From NCBI RefSeq assembly GCF_006345805.1, contig NW_021834525.1, positions 1 through 47,689 of the forward strand: DNA of 47,689 bases, read 5' to 3'. The stretch comes from Octopus sinensis. Taxonomy: Eukaryota. Position numbers and translations under genes: made by a program. The notes under the pieces were generated by a model. The model searched no databases. It was not told the DNA's origin and was given only the letters and a program-made list of their open reading frames with translations. Of this stretch, positions 1-11,097 are shown piece after piece; the stretch's first letter is position 1; every line of letters begins with the position of its first letter.

Positions 1-95
1 CGTCCGAGACACGAGGTCACCTCGTTGTCACTAAATGCGCTAGAAATAGCAGCTAAATGTTCCTGAAACTACATCCCGTCGTCTACTACCTAAAA

Positions 96-298
96 CAGTG
101 GTTTTCAACCAGGGTTTCGCCAGTACAGTCCAGGGGTTCCGCAAGAAGTTACAAAACTGCTAAAATCGGCAGTAATTTTCAATTCTCCTATGCAGAGATA
201 TGTGTGCATAAGACTATTAAATTATTGCACAGGGGTTCCTCGAGCCAGTGGAATGTTTCCTTGGGGTTACGCTCCAGCAAAAAGTTTGAAAAGCACTG
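96..298. mobile_element. hAT-type MITE
   Basis: TIRs CAGTGGTTTTCAA / TTGAAAAGCACTG; flanking 8-mers ACCTAAAA and GTGTAAAA are a partial 8 bp TSD. Confidence 0.7.
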
Positions 299-309
299 GT
301 GTAAAAGGA

Positions 310-1260
310 CACCTTACATAATGTACTCCTCGATACAAATATGCCTAAATAGAATCCAGGTCGGTCAGAGTTGGACAATTTTTTATAGATAGGTCCACAG
401 GTTCAGAACTTGCCTAGTGTTAAACAAAAATAACAGCTAAATAGCTGGGATGGATACAGCTGGAATATCTTTCATCATGGATATGATGGATCAGCTTTGG
501 GGTTAAATGACAACCCTGTAGGACATAAGATGGATCTTTTCGGTTTGAACGGCAGTTTTTAAAATAATTTCTAGGTAACTAAAAAATTTAAACTTCGTAT
601 ACTGGTAGAATGGGTTTATAAACACTTTTTTTCTCTGGCTTTATTGAGAAAATTCTATAGTTTGTAAGATATTTGTGTTTTTTCTTCTTCAATTCTGCAA
701 TTTCAACCAATCACTGACGTCCATTGAGGTAAAAAAAAAACATCTGTGCCGTATGAATATGTCCCTCGTTTAAGAAACAGATTGGGTTTATTTAGATTTG
801 TGAAGACAAAAAAGATACCCTTCCCCCACCCCTAACCCTAAAACAAATTGAAATGCAATAGATCGATACGAGGGTCATAATTATGGGTGACAATTTCATA
901 TGACACCGCTAAAAAAAAATTGCCGTTCAAACCGAAAAGATCCCTGAATAAAAGTCGGGATGGTCACAAGTGGAGCAATTATGAATATTGGGTCACCAGG
1001 AACAGAGCTGGACCGCGGGTTAAACAACAGAAGCAGCAACGACAAGGTTGGACACTAAACAATGCAGTCCTCGTGTAATAGATGCGATGGTCACAGATGG
1101 AACTATTGTGAATTATTGGCTCGCCAGGATCAGAGCGGGGCCGGGGGTTAAATAGCGACAACAACTGTAACATGGTTGCACACTTTAAACAATGTAGTCC
1201 CAGATACACCATGTCTGAGTAAAAAAACTAGACGGTCACAGCTGGGACACTTTCAATGGA
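310..1260. repeat. Old degenerate ~130-140 bp tandem repeat, interrupted by the element at 532-943
   Basis: Recurring GATGGTCACA...GGGTTAAA...CACT(T)TAAACAATG blocks at ~958-1085 and ~1086-1230, with weaker similarity at 310-530. Confidence 0.45.
532..943. mobile_element. GGATC-ended non-autonomous TIR element, copy 1
   Basis: ~24 bp TIRs GGATCTTTTTCGGTTTGAACGGCA / TGCCGTTCAAACCGAAAAGATCC; internal CCCTAACCCTAA; homologous to copies at 3835, 5497, 19452 and 36496. Confidence 0.85.
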
Positions 1261-1799
1261 GTTATGCTGTATCGGGGCCCCGCACTTGGGAGTTGAAAGA
1301 CACCTGTTCAATATACCTTTTGTCTTATGTATACTTTTAAGATCATTGTGTGTGTGTATGTATGTGTATACATATGCATACATACACACACACACATATA
1401 TATATATATATTTCTATATATAACGTATTCTTCTGTGATAGAAAGGTCAACAAAGAAAAGTACTCCATCTGGTGAGTGATATTATTTATTTAAAGGACAC
1501 AATACCTTTCTTTATGTGCTATAAACAGCTTCATATGTCGAGAAATATCACTTAAAGATATGTATTCTGTCCTTGAAATGAATAACACACACCACACACC
1601 CATATATGTATATATCTTGTATATATATGTATATATATATATATGTATATATATATAATGTATATATATGTATATAATATATATATTATATATATATAAT
1701 ATATATATGATATATATTAATATATCTATATATATATATATTTATATTGCTTATATTTATATTTCTTTTATATATATTCTACTAATTATACAACATTAC

Positions 1800-1972
1800 T
1801 CTTTTATGTACACTTTTTTATGTACATTCCTTTATGTACACTGATTTGTCCTACTTTTTATGTTTAACCCTACAGTCTCTTATGTGGTGGTTAATAAAGT
1901 ATGTGATTGAGTATTATTATCTGGTAATTGATATTTGATTAGATGTATTTCTCCGTTTTCTTATCTTGTATA
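1800..1972. repeat. (TA)n-embedded dispersed element; near-identical copy at 34270-34440, partial copy at 24508-24590
   Basis: Direct sequence match CTTTTATGTACAC...TTCTTATCTTGTATATATA between the loci. Confidence 0.75.
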
Positions 1973-2160
1973 TATATATATATATATACATAATATATAT
2001 ATATATATATTTTATATAAGATCAAAATAAGCAACAAGGGTATCCAGAGGTAATGCAGTACGATTGTTTCATGCGACTCCATTTATTTGAACAATAAGTA
2101 CCATTTTCATCTGAATCTCAATTTTTTTACTAAACTCGTCTATATATATATATATATATA

Positions 2161-2673
2161 TATAAACGAGGAAAAAGCAACAAGAATGGATTAGTTTTTC
2201 AGTACAATTGTTTCATACAAAGACAAGCTTTATTAAAAGCTGCAAATATTGCAGCAAATACAAGTGTCCCGTACTCATCAGCCAAAACACATATGAGTTC
2301 TCCAAGCATCCTAGTGGGTGAGGCTACACTCATGAAGTATCGGAGATAGTTCTATAAAAGCAAATTTAGGTTGTAAGCAGACTCTGTGAAGCTAACAAGC
2401 TTTTTTAAAACCTGTTATAAGACTGTGCATCATCATTTGAGAACTTTGGAAGTCTGCTTACAACCTAAATTTGCTTTTATAGAACTATCTCCGATACTTC
2501 ATGAGTGTAGCCTCACCCACTAGGATGCTTGGAGAACTCGTATGTGTTTTGGCTGATGAGTACGGGACACTTGTATTTGCTGCAATATTTGCAGCTTTTA
2601 ATAAAGCTTGCCTTTGTATGAAACAATTGTACTGAAAAACTAATCCATTCTTGTTGCTTTTTTCTCGTTTATA
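2161..2673. mobile_element. Foldback element / long-TIR MITE
   Basis: Arms 2161-2383 and 2451-2673 (~223 bp) are reverse complements with about 3 differences; 67 bp spacer; TA-flanked. Confidence 0.8.
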
Positions 2674-2784
2674 ATCACCCCACATTATTGTATGGTTAAT
2701 ACCATATAGTTTTCTGGTGCATCTAAGTTAAGTACCGCATTCAAGTGAATTCAATAGAACTGATTTGAATCTTAATTGCTTTTA

Positions 2785-2826
<42 letters not shown>

Positions 2827-3214
2827 CTTTTTTTATGTTCAGTCATAATAAAAACAGTTTTACGTTAATCTGATGGGTTACTCTGTACTCCTGTAGAGCA
2901 CAAATTTGTTATTCTTAAACAAGAATGTTGTTGATAGTGACTCCGAAGTTCCAGCCAAGCAGTCCGACGATGGCTTAGCTGGCCGAAAATTCGAAGTTAC
3001 TGTCAACATTCTAGTTTAACAACAATAATACATACACACGCACACATATATATACATATATAAATGTACACATACAGGCGTGTACACTTTATATATATAT
3101 AATCCAAACATAAAAGAGATACCTGAAGAATAGGATATTTGACTCGCTAGAAAGAGTAGTTAAAAGGTAACTAAGAATTTTTCGATAAATATTCTTGTTA
3201 CCCTAACTTTTTAA

Positions 3215-3530
3215 TTAATATATGTACGAATGTATGTATGTATATATGTATGTATGTATGTATATATGTATGTATGTATATATGTATGCATGTGTGAACG
3301 TATGTGTGTATGTATGTGTATGTATGTATATATGTGTGTATGTATGTATGTGTGTGTGTATGTATGTATGTGTGTATGTATGTGTGTGTATGTATGTGTG
3401 TGTGTATGTATGTGTGTGTATGTATGCATGTATGTGTGTGTATGTATGTATGTGTGTATGTATGTGTGTGTGTATGTAAGTATGTGTGTGTATGTATGTA
3501 TGTATGTGTGTGTGTGTATGTATGTATGGT
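3215..3530. repeat. (TATG/TG)n microsatellite
   Basis: Direct inspection; explains the YIHT/VCMY ORFs. Confidence 0.95.
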
Positions 3531-3834
3531 GAACGTGTGTTATTCCAAATTTTAAAAAAGCCATACATGAAAGCTATCAACTTAATGTGTCCTGCCTGCA
3601 CCTGTTTCTAAACAGGTAAAAAAACAAATAAATACCTTGTTGACCTCTAGGTCAACAAGGTATTTATTTGTTTTTTACCGGAAATGTTGAAAATTAGTAT
3701 AGTTAGTGATAACCTCCGAATAATCTCGCCAAAGGTTCATTATATTTGTTAAAAACGAAAGCATGAAGCGAAGGGGGGTCGGTGCAACACGAGGCAGAAC
3801 AAGTACTGCAAGGGACTTCGTTTGCAAAGAACAG

Positions 3835-4247
3835 GGATCTTTTCGGTTTGAACGGCAGTTTTTTCTAGCGGTGTCATATGAAATTGTCACCCATAATTAT
3901 GACCCTAGTATCGATCTATTGCATTTCAATCAGTTTTAGGGTTAGGGTGGGGAGGAAGGGTATCTTTTTTTCTTCACCAATGTAAATAAACCCAATCTGT
4001 TTCTTAAACGAGGGACATATTCATACGGCACACAATGTTGTTTACCTCAATGGACGTCATTGATTGGTTGAAATTGCAGAAATTGAAGAAAAAAAAGCCA
4101 ACAAATATCTTACAAACTATAGAATTTTCTCAATAAAGCCAAGAGAAAAAGATGTTTTATAAACACATTCTACCAGTATATGAAGTTTAAAAGTGTTTAG
4201 TTACCTAGAAATTATTAAAAAAACTGCCGTTCAAACGGAAAAGATCC
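3835..4247. mobile_element. GGATC-ended TIR element, copy 2 (opposite orientation to copy 1)
   Basis: Same TIRs and body as 532-943, reversed. Confidence 0.85.
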
Positions 4248-4304
4248 AAGTATTGGTCTTTGGAAGCCAGCAGAAAATAGAAACAAACATCTGTCTGTAA
4301 AATG

Positions 4305-4372
4305 GTGCGCAGGAATCGAACCGCAAACCGCACGGTTTGCGAAATGACCGCCTTAACCACACAGCCATGCTT
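4305..4372 (-). mobile_element. Isolated tRNA-like SINE head
   Basis: Minus strand shows A-box-like TGGCTGTGTGG and B-box GGTTCGATTCC; no convincing cloverleaf. Confidence 0.45.
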
Positions 4373-4439
4373 TGCTGACCAGTAAAATCTACTTCGTCAC
4401 TAAAGATAATGCGTGCCATATCAATCTTTATTTCATTTG

Positions 4440-4870
4440 GCGGTGGAGGTGATGGGGCAGTTTATATGGTGACGTTCACGGGTGGTAAGACAGTGGTGGT
4501 GATGTCATAGTGTGATAGTGGTGGTGATGGAGGTGGTATGATTTAGACAGATGTGGCGGCGGTGGTGATGGAGTGGTCGTATGACGATGTCGGTGGAGGG
4601 TATGATGAGGTCAGTGGATTACGGATGGCATGGTAGTGGTGGTGGTGGTAGTAGCGATGTTGTGATTGTATGGAGATGTCGGAGAATGTGGTGGCGGTGT
4701 GGTGACGTAATGGTGGAGATGGTGGTGGCATTCTGGCTACAAGATATCGGTGAGGGTATGATGATGGTGGTGGTGGTGGTAATGGTTATGATGGTGGTAT
4801 TGGTGGTGATGTTAGTTGTAATAGTGGTGGTGGTGGTGGTGATAGTGGTGTTGATGGTAGTGATGTGATG
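4440..4870. repeat. Degenerate (GGT/GAT)n low-complexity tract
   Basis: Direct inspection. Confidence 0.9.
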
Positions 4871-4878
4871 GTGTTGGT

Positions 4879-5114
4879 GCGGCGAGCTGGCAGACACGTT
4901 AGCATGCTGGGCGAAATGCTTAGCGGTATTTCATCTGTCGTTACGTTCAGAGTTCAAATTCCGCCGAGGTCGACTTTGCCTTTCATCCTTTCGGGGTCGA
5001 TAAATTAAGTACCAGTTACGAACTGGGGTCTATGTAATCGACTTAATACCTATGTCTGTCTTTGTTTGTCCTCTCTGTGTTTAGCCCCTTGTGGGTAGTA
5101 AAGAAGTAGGTATT
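4879..5114 (+). mobile_element. SINE-B (tRNA-derived; GGCGGCGAGCTGGCAG head, AAAGAAATA-type tail)
   Basis: A-box-like head, B-box-like GAGTTCAAATTCC; homologous to many copies in the window. Confidence 0.85.
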
Positions 5115-5496
5115 GCAGTGGCGGTGGGGATAAAATAGTCTAGTTGGCGGTGGCGGTGATGGTAATGATGCTACTGTTGATGTTGGTGATAGCATGATGA
5201 TGGTGGTGGTGGTATTACAATGATGGTGTTGGCGGTAGTTCGCATAATAAGGTAACGTTAATGTGATAGTGGTGGTGGCGGTGCGATGGTGTTGAAGACA
5301 AGAGGGGTGGGTGCTGAAAAGGGCTGTCCCTGAAAAGTTCCTGGCTTTAAGGGTATCGAGAAAATCCTGGTTGGAGAGACCTAACCTTTCGAGTTCTTTT
5401 ACAGGGCTTAGAAAACCCGAAGGACCGCTGCAATAAGTATGAATCTGAGGTGTTTGTGTGTGGGGGAGGAGAAATATGTTGATTAAAATCATAATT

Positions 5497-6084
5497 GGAT
5501 CTTTTCGGTTTGAACGGCAGTTTTTTCTAGCAGTGTCATATGAAATTGTCACCCATAATTATGACCCTAGAATCAATCTATTGCATTTCAATCTGGGTTA
5601 GGGTTAGTTAGGGTTAGGGGAAGGGTATCTTTTTTTCTTTACAAATGTAAATAAATCCAATCTGTTTCTTAAACGAGGGACATATTCATACGGCACACAA
5701 TGTTGTTTACCTCAATGGACGTCATTGATTGGTTGAAATTGCAGAAATTGAAGAAAAAAAAGCCAACAAATATCTTACAAACTATAGAATTTTCTCAATA
5801 AAGCCAAGAGAAAAAGATGTTTAATAAATACATTCTACCAGTATACGAAGTTTAAAAGTGTTTAGTTAAACTCTTTTACTTGTTTCAGTCATTTGACAGC
5901 GGCCATGCTGGAGCACCGCCTTAATCGAGCAACTCGACCCCGGGACTTATTCTTTTTGTAAGCCCAGTACTTATTCTATCGGTCTCTTTTGCTGAACCGC
6001 TAAGTAACGGGGACATAAACACACTAGCATCGGTTATCAAGCAATGCTAGGGGGACAAACGCAGACACACAAACACACACACGC

Positions 6085-6115
<31 letters not shown>

Positions 6116-7053
6116 TACGACGGGCTTCTTTCAGTTTCCGTCTACCAAATCCACTCACAAGGCATTGTCGGCCGAGGCTATAGAAGAAGACACTTGCCCA
6201 AGGTGCCAGCAGGGGACTGAACCGGAACCATGTGGTTGGTAAGCAAGCTACTTACCACACAGCCACTCCTGCACCTATACACACACACACATATATACGA
6301 CGGGCTCTTTCAGTTTCCGTCTACCAAATCCACACAAGGCATTGGTCGGCCCGAGGCTATAGAAGAAGACACTTGCCCAAGGTGCCACGCAGGGGACTGA
6401 ACCGGAACCATGTGGTTGGTAAGCAAGCTACTTACACACAGCCACTCCTGCACCTATACACACACACACATATATACGACGGGCTTCTTTCAGTTTCCGT
6501 CTACCAAATCCAATCAAGGCATTGGTCGGCCCGAGGCTATAGAAGAAGACACTTGCCCAAGGTGCCACGCAGTGGGACTGAACCTGGAACCATTGGTGGT
6601 AAGCAAGCTACTTACCACACAGCCACTCCTGCACCTATACACACACACACATATATACGACGGGCTTCTTTCAGTTTCCGTCTACCAAATCCACTCACAA
6701 GGCATTGGTCGGCCCGAGGCTATAGAAGAAGACACTTGCCCAAGGTGCCACGCAGTGGGACTGAACCTGGAACCATGTGGTTGGTAAGCAAGCTACTTAC
6801 CACACAGCCACTCCTGCACCTATACACACACACACATATATACGACGGGCTTCTTTCAGTTTCCGTCTACCAAATCCACTCACAAGGCATTGGTCGGCCC
6901 GAGGCTATAGAAGAAGACACTTGCCCAAGGTGCCACGCAGTGGGACTGAACCTGGAACCATGTGGTTCGTAAGCAAGCTACTTACCACACAGCCACTCTT
7001 GCGCCTATATGTGGAAATTATGTTAAAAACTGCCGTTGAAACCGAAAAGATCC
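5497..7053. mobile_element. GGATC-ended TIR element, copy 3, interrupted by SINE-A (element parts 5497-5868 and 7013-7053)
   Basis: Body stops at GTGTTTAGTTA and resumes at GAAATTATGTTAAAAACTGCCG...GATCC after the SINE. Confidence 0.8.
5869..7010 (-). mobile_element. SINE-A with five tandem ~180 bp copies of its tRNA head + core
   Basis: Minus-strand head GGAGTGGCTGTGTGG...GGTTCAGTCCC (A/B boxes), CCTTGGGCAAGT core-like segment, internal (TA/CA)n, (TAAAAGAG)n tail; head unit repeated five times between ~6110 and 7010. Confidence 0.9.
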
Positions 7054-7432
7054 CGAGTTCTTATACAGGGCTTAGAAAAACCGAAGTATCGGTGCAATTA
7101 GTGTGAATCTGAGATGTGTCTGTGTGTGTGGGGAGAGAAATATGTTGATTAAAATCATAATTAAACTGATCCTCCTGTATTTTCTTTTACCCACAGCCAG
7201 GAACTTTTCAGCGCCACCCTCGGATGTGACACATATGCACACTCTCTCCCGCTCTCTCTCTCACACTATGTGCGCGCGCTTGTGTGCGTACAACACGGCT
7301 GTTTCAATTACGTAACGTGAATCATTAGAATTTTTAAGATAAGCTATCATCACTCCATCACTCATCAAACATATTTACGATAGGGCACAGAGTACGGACC
7401 AACAAAAGATAAGATTTTGCAGAAACATATCT

Positions 7433-7729
7433 GGAGTGGCTGTGTGGTAAGTGGCTTGCTTACCAACCACATGGTTCCGGGTTCAGTCCCACTGCGTGGC
7501 ATCTTGGGCAAGTGTCTTCTGCTATAGCCCCGGGTCGACCAATGCCTTGTGAGTGGATTTGGTAGACGGAAACTGAAAGAAGCCTGTCGTATATATATGT
7601 GTTTCTGTGTGTGTGTGTTTGTCCCCCTAGCATTGCTTGACAACCGATGCTGGTGTGTTTACGTCCCTGTTACTTAGCGGTTCGGCAAAAGTGACCGATA
7701 GAATAAGTACTGGGCTTACAAAGAATAAG
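7433..7729 (+). mobile_element. SINE-A, 3'-truncated, fused tail-to-tail with the next copy
   Basis: Reverse complement of the neighbouring copies. Confidence 0.85.
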
Positions 7730-8084
7730 ACTGCGGCCATGCTGGAGCACCGCCTTTAATCGAGCAACTCGACCCCGGGACTTATTCTTTTGTAAGACCA
7801 GAACTTATTCTATCGGTCTCTTTTGCCGAACCGCTAAGTAACGAGGACATAAACACACCAGCACCAGTTGTCAAGCATATACACACATGCACATATATAT
7901 ATATATATATATACATATATACGACAGGCTTCTTTCAGTTTCCGTCTACCAAATCCACTCACAAGGCTTTGGTCGGCCCGAGGCTATAGTAGAAGACATT
8001 TGCCCAAGGTGCCACGCAGTGGGACTGAACCCAGAACCATGTGGTTGGTAAACAAGCTACTTACCACACAGTCACTCCTGCGCC

Positions 8085-8116
<32 letters not shown>

Positions 8117-8458
8117 CGACGGGCTTCTTTCAGTTTCTGTCTACCAAATCCACTCACAAGGCTTTGGTCGGCCCGAGGCTATAGTAGTAGACACTTGCCC
8201 AAGTGCCACGCAGTGGGACTGAACCCGGAACTATGTGGTTGGTAAACAAGCTACTTACAACACAGCCACTCCTGTGCCTATTAAATAAAACTATGTATAT
8301 GATGGGCTTCTTTCAGTTTCCGTCTACCAAATCCACTCACAAGGCTTTGGTCGGCCCGAGGCTATAGTAGTAGACACTTGCCCAAGGTGCCACGCAGTGG
8401 GACTGAACCGGAACCATGTGGTTGGTAGGCAGCTACTTACCACACAGCCACTCCTGCG

Positions 8459-8516
<58 letters not shown>

Positions 8517-8705
8517 TACACACACATATACATATATACGATGGGCTTCTTTCAGTTTCCGTCTACCAAATCCACTCACAAGGCTTTGGTCGGCCCGAGG
8601 CTATAGTAGAAGACACTTTCCCAAGGTGCCACGCAGTGGGACTGAACCCAGAACCATGTGGTTGGTAAACAAGCTACTTACAACACAGCCACTCCTGCGT
8701 CTATA
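7730..8705 (-). mobile_element. SINE-A with four tandem head units
   Basis: Units at ~7920, ~8115, ~8298 and ~8535 separated by (TA)n. Confidence 0.9.
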
Positions 8706-9239
8706 CATACACATCTCTCACATACTCTTCACAGTCAATCTCACTCCGCTCTCGCCTTCTCTTTAAATTTTACCCCTCCACCTCATCAGCACGCATGTTA
8801 ATCAACTGGAGCTAGTTAATTACAGGTGTTAAAGTTTCAACCTTCCTCCTTGGCAGAACTGATGATAACTGTTGCTCTTTTGCTCTTTCCCCAATGTTGT
8901 CTTTAATCGTGTAAATCCCAAACGTTAATCTCCGATTATAAAACTCAGGTTTCAGAAAGTGTGTGCGGTTGGTCGGTCGGTTGTAGTTGTAACTGTTGTT
9001 ATTCTTGTTAGTAATTAGCAGTGGTGGTGATAGTGTGTTGGTATGTTGTGGTGGTGGTGGCAATGGTGATTTGCGGTGGTGATGGTGATGATGGTGTTGG
9101 CGATGGTGATTCTAGTTGCGTCTGATGGCACTGTAATGGAATGGTAAGGCGGCAAGCTGGCACAATAGCTAGCACGCTGGACGGAATGCTTAGCGGTATT
9201 TTGTCCACTGCTACGTTCTGATTGAACACACATGTGATT

Positions 9240-10190
9240 CAAAAGCCTTTCCAACCATGGCTATCCTAAAGCATTTTTCAGATATATTGTACCTTATGAA
9301 CTACACTTTGGTTCACAAGGCAGTAGGATGTGATTTGAGGGAGATCTGGTCTGTTATTTCTACTTGGTCTCACTACCATATAGAGGTCTCCCTTGTTGGT
9401 TAATACATTTATACATACATAAAAAATAGTGTGTGATTTGAAGGAAACTTGGCTGTCATTTCTATCAGGTCTAGACAGTAGCATAGAACCTGAGCACATT
9501 TGGCTGGTATATCTACCAGGTCTAGTGACCATACAGAGGTCTCCCTCAATGGCTGTCATAGAGGTTTCATTGGCTCATACATACACTTGCGTCAGAAATT
9601 AATTAGCACTTCTCAAATTTCTACATTAAACAGGTTAAATCAATTAACCTATGAGCTGTTCAAAATGTCTTACGCGATGAGAAAACTTAGTATGGTGTGA
9701 TTTCGGTCCTTGCGAGGCGCTACCTATATCTATTAAACAAAGGAATTTGTCTGCATCCGCACTCCAAGTTGTTGTTGCACTGCTATGTCAACATCATAAG
9801 GCTGTAGACTCTCAAACTGCTCTGCAAACAAAGTTACGTCATCGTTCTGCGCAACAGTGAACTCGCAACAAAGCAATAGTTCAAGATATGGCCACTAGGT
9901 GACAGCACATACCTTGAGTGAAGAGCAAATCAAGGGTGCTAATTAATTTCTGACGGTAGTGTATATATAAATATACAAATGTTAGTAGGGTATAATTTGA
10001 AGGAGAGTTGGCTGCTATTTCTACCAAGTTTAACTACCATGTAGAACTTGCCTTGTTGACTCAAAAACACATATACACATGCGTCAGACAGCAGGCTGTG
10101 ATTCGAGGGAGATTTGGCTGATATTTCAATCAGGTTGATCCACACCAACCACATTTGAGCTCTCCTTTGGCTTGGGATCAATATAGTTCT
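9240..10190. repeat. Degenerate dispersed/tandem repeat (TGATTTGAGGGAGA..TTGGCTG..ATTTCTA motif), interrupted by the Tc1 MITE; related sequence at 1-83 (minus)
   Basis: Motif recurs at ~9330, ~9430, ~9500, ~9995 and ~10100. Confidence 0.5.
9584..9961. mobile_element. Tc1/mariner-type MITE
   Basis: TIRs CACTTGCGTCAGAAATTAATTAGCAC / GTGCTAATTAATTTCTGACGGTAGTG with TA on both sides. Confidence 0.8.
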
Positions 10191-10435
10191 CAAAAAAAAA
10201 AAAAAAAAAAAAAAATTCGATCAAGCTCAATGAAATATAGGTCCCAGTTTATTAGTTGGAAAAAAAAAATTGATCAATCAGATCGATGAGAACAATCAAT
10301 ATATTTAATTTAATTATCTGAAATCAAAATAAATTAAGGAAAGCAAATTTGATACACCCAATCACATGGAAAAGTAGTGGGTGTATATTATGTGTATGTA
10401 TGTATGTGCATATGTGTGTGTATGTATGTATGTAT

Positions 10436-10830
10436 GTCAGGTCACTTTCGAGTGCTACTGGTAACATGTAACCCAGTACAACCTGTTGCATGGTCGGGTC
10501 ATCGGCGACTAAACCGGCAACCCCACCAAGCTTGCTTGGCGAGGAGGGTGTTTATTGGACACCCTGCGGGATGAAAAGCAAAACCCGTCAAAGGGCGGTG
10601 GAACTCTTGAGAGTCAACGGCCGTCCAATAAATGTCTTGAGGCTGTATCATGCGCGGGGACATAGAAATAATCGGACTGAATACCCGATCGCGCGGTTAA
10701 ACCATTGGGAGTGAAGGATTCCTAGCTTTTGTTAGGGCATCCTTCTAGGAGAAGGTAACTCAGGTAACTGGGATAACTCTGACATAAAACCTGCGGCTCA
10801 GTGGTTACCGGTGATGTTGACTTGTTCTTC
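10436..10830 (+). mobile_element. Probable RTE-clade LINE 5' UTR fragment
   Basis: GGGCATCCTTCTAGGAGAAGGTAACTC...GACATAAAACC resembles the 5' UTR end typical of RTE elements (recognition only); GC-rich; no downstream ORF. Confidence 0.45.
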
Positions 10831-11097
10831 TTTTCGGATTATGGCTGCTGTTGCTTAGTGAGTGGGATTGACTCAGTGCACAACCTTTCCTCATTTAAAA
10901 AAAAAATCTTCTTGCACAGGCATTGCACGATAACAACATTGATTAAGCTTCGTGCAATGGCCATACTCGATAACGAGGGGACAGCCACCATGTATGTAGG
11001 CATATGTATGTATGTATGTAGACGTATGTATGTATGTATGTATGTATGCTTCTATATGTGTCTTTGTATGTATACTTGTATGTGTTCTTACGTATGC

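Larger units (their letters stand above)
5301..7224. mobile_element. Mariner-type MITE split into 5301-5496 and 7054-7224 by nested insertions
   Basis: Ends CTGAAAAGTTCCTGGC / GCCAGGAACTTTTCAG; homologous to the intact copy at 41852-42077. Confidence 0.65.

Noticed and set aside
3115-3165. Hammerhead-like CTGAAGA...GAAA
   Set aside because: No valid stem III/NUH site and no stem I.
6232-7106. 246 aa and related ORFs (ARGYRRRHLPKVPRSG repeats)
   Set aside because: Open frames through tandem SINE-A heads; the same peptide recurs at every SINE copy.
8790-8990. Possible minus-strand exon (RRLTFGIYTIKDNIGERAKEQQLSSVLPRRK)
   Set aside because: Non-repetitive and protein-like, but the acceptor and donor are weak and there is no recognisable motif; needs RNA-seq.
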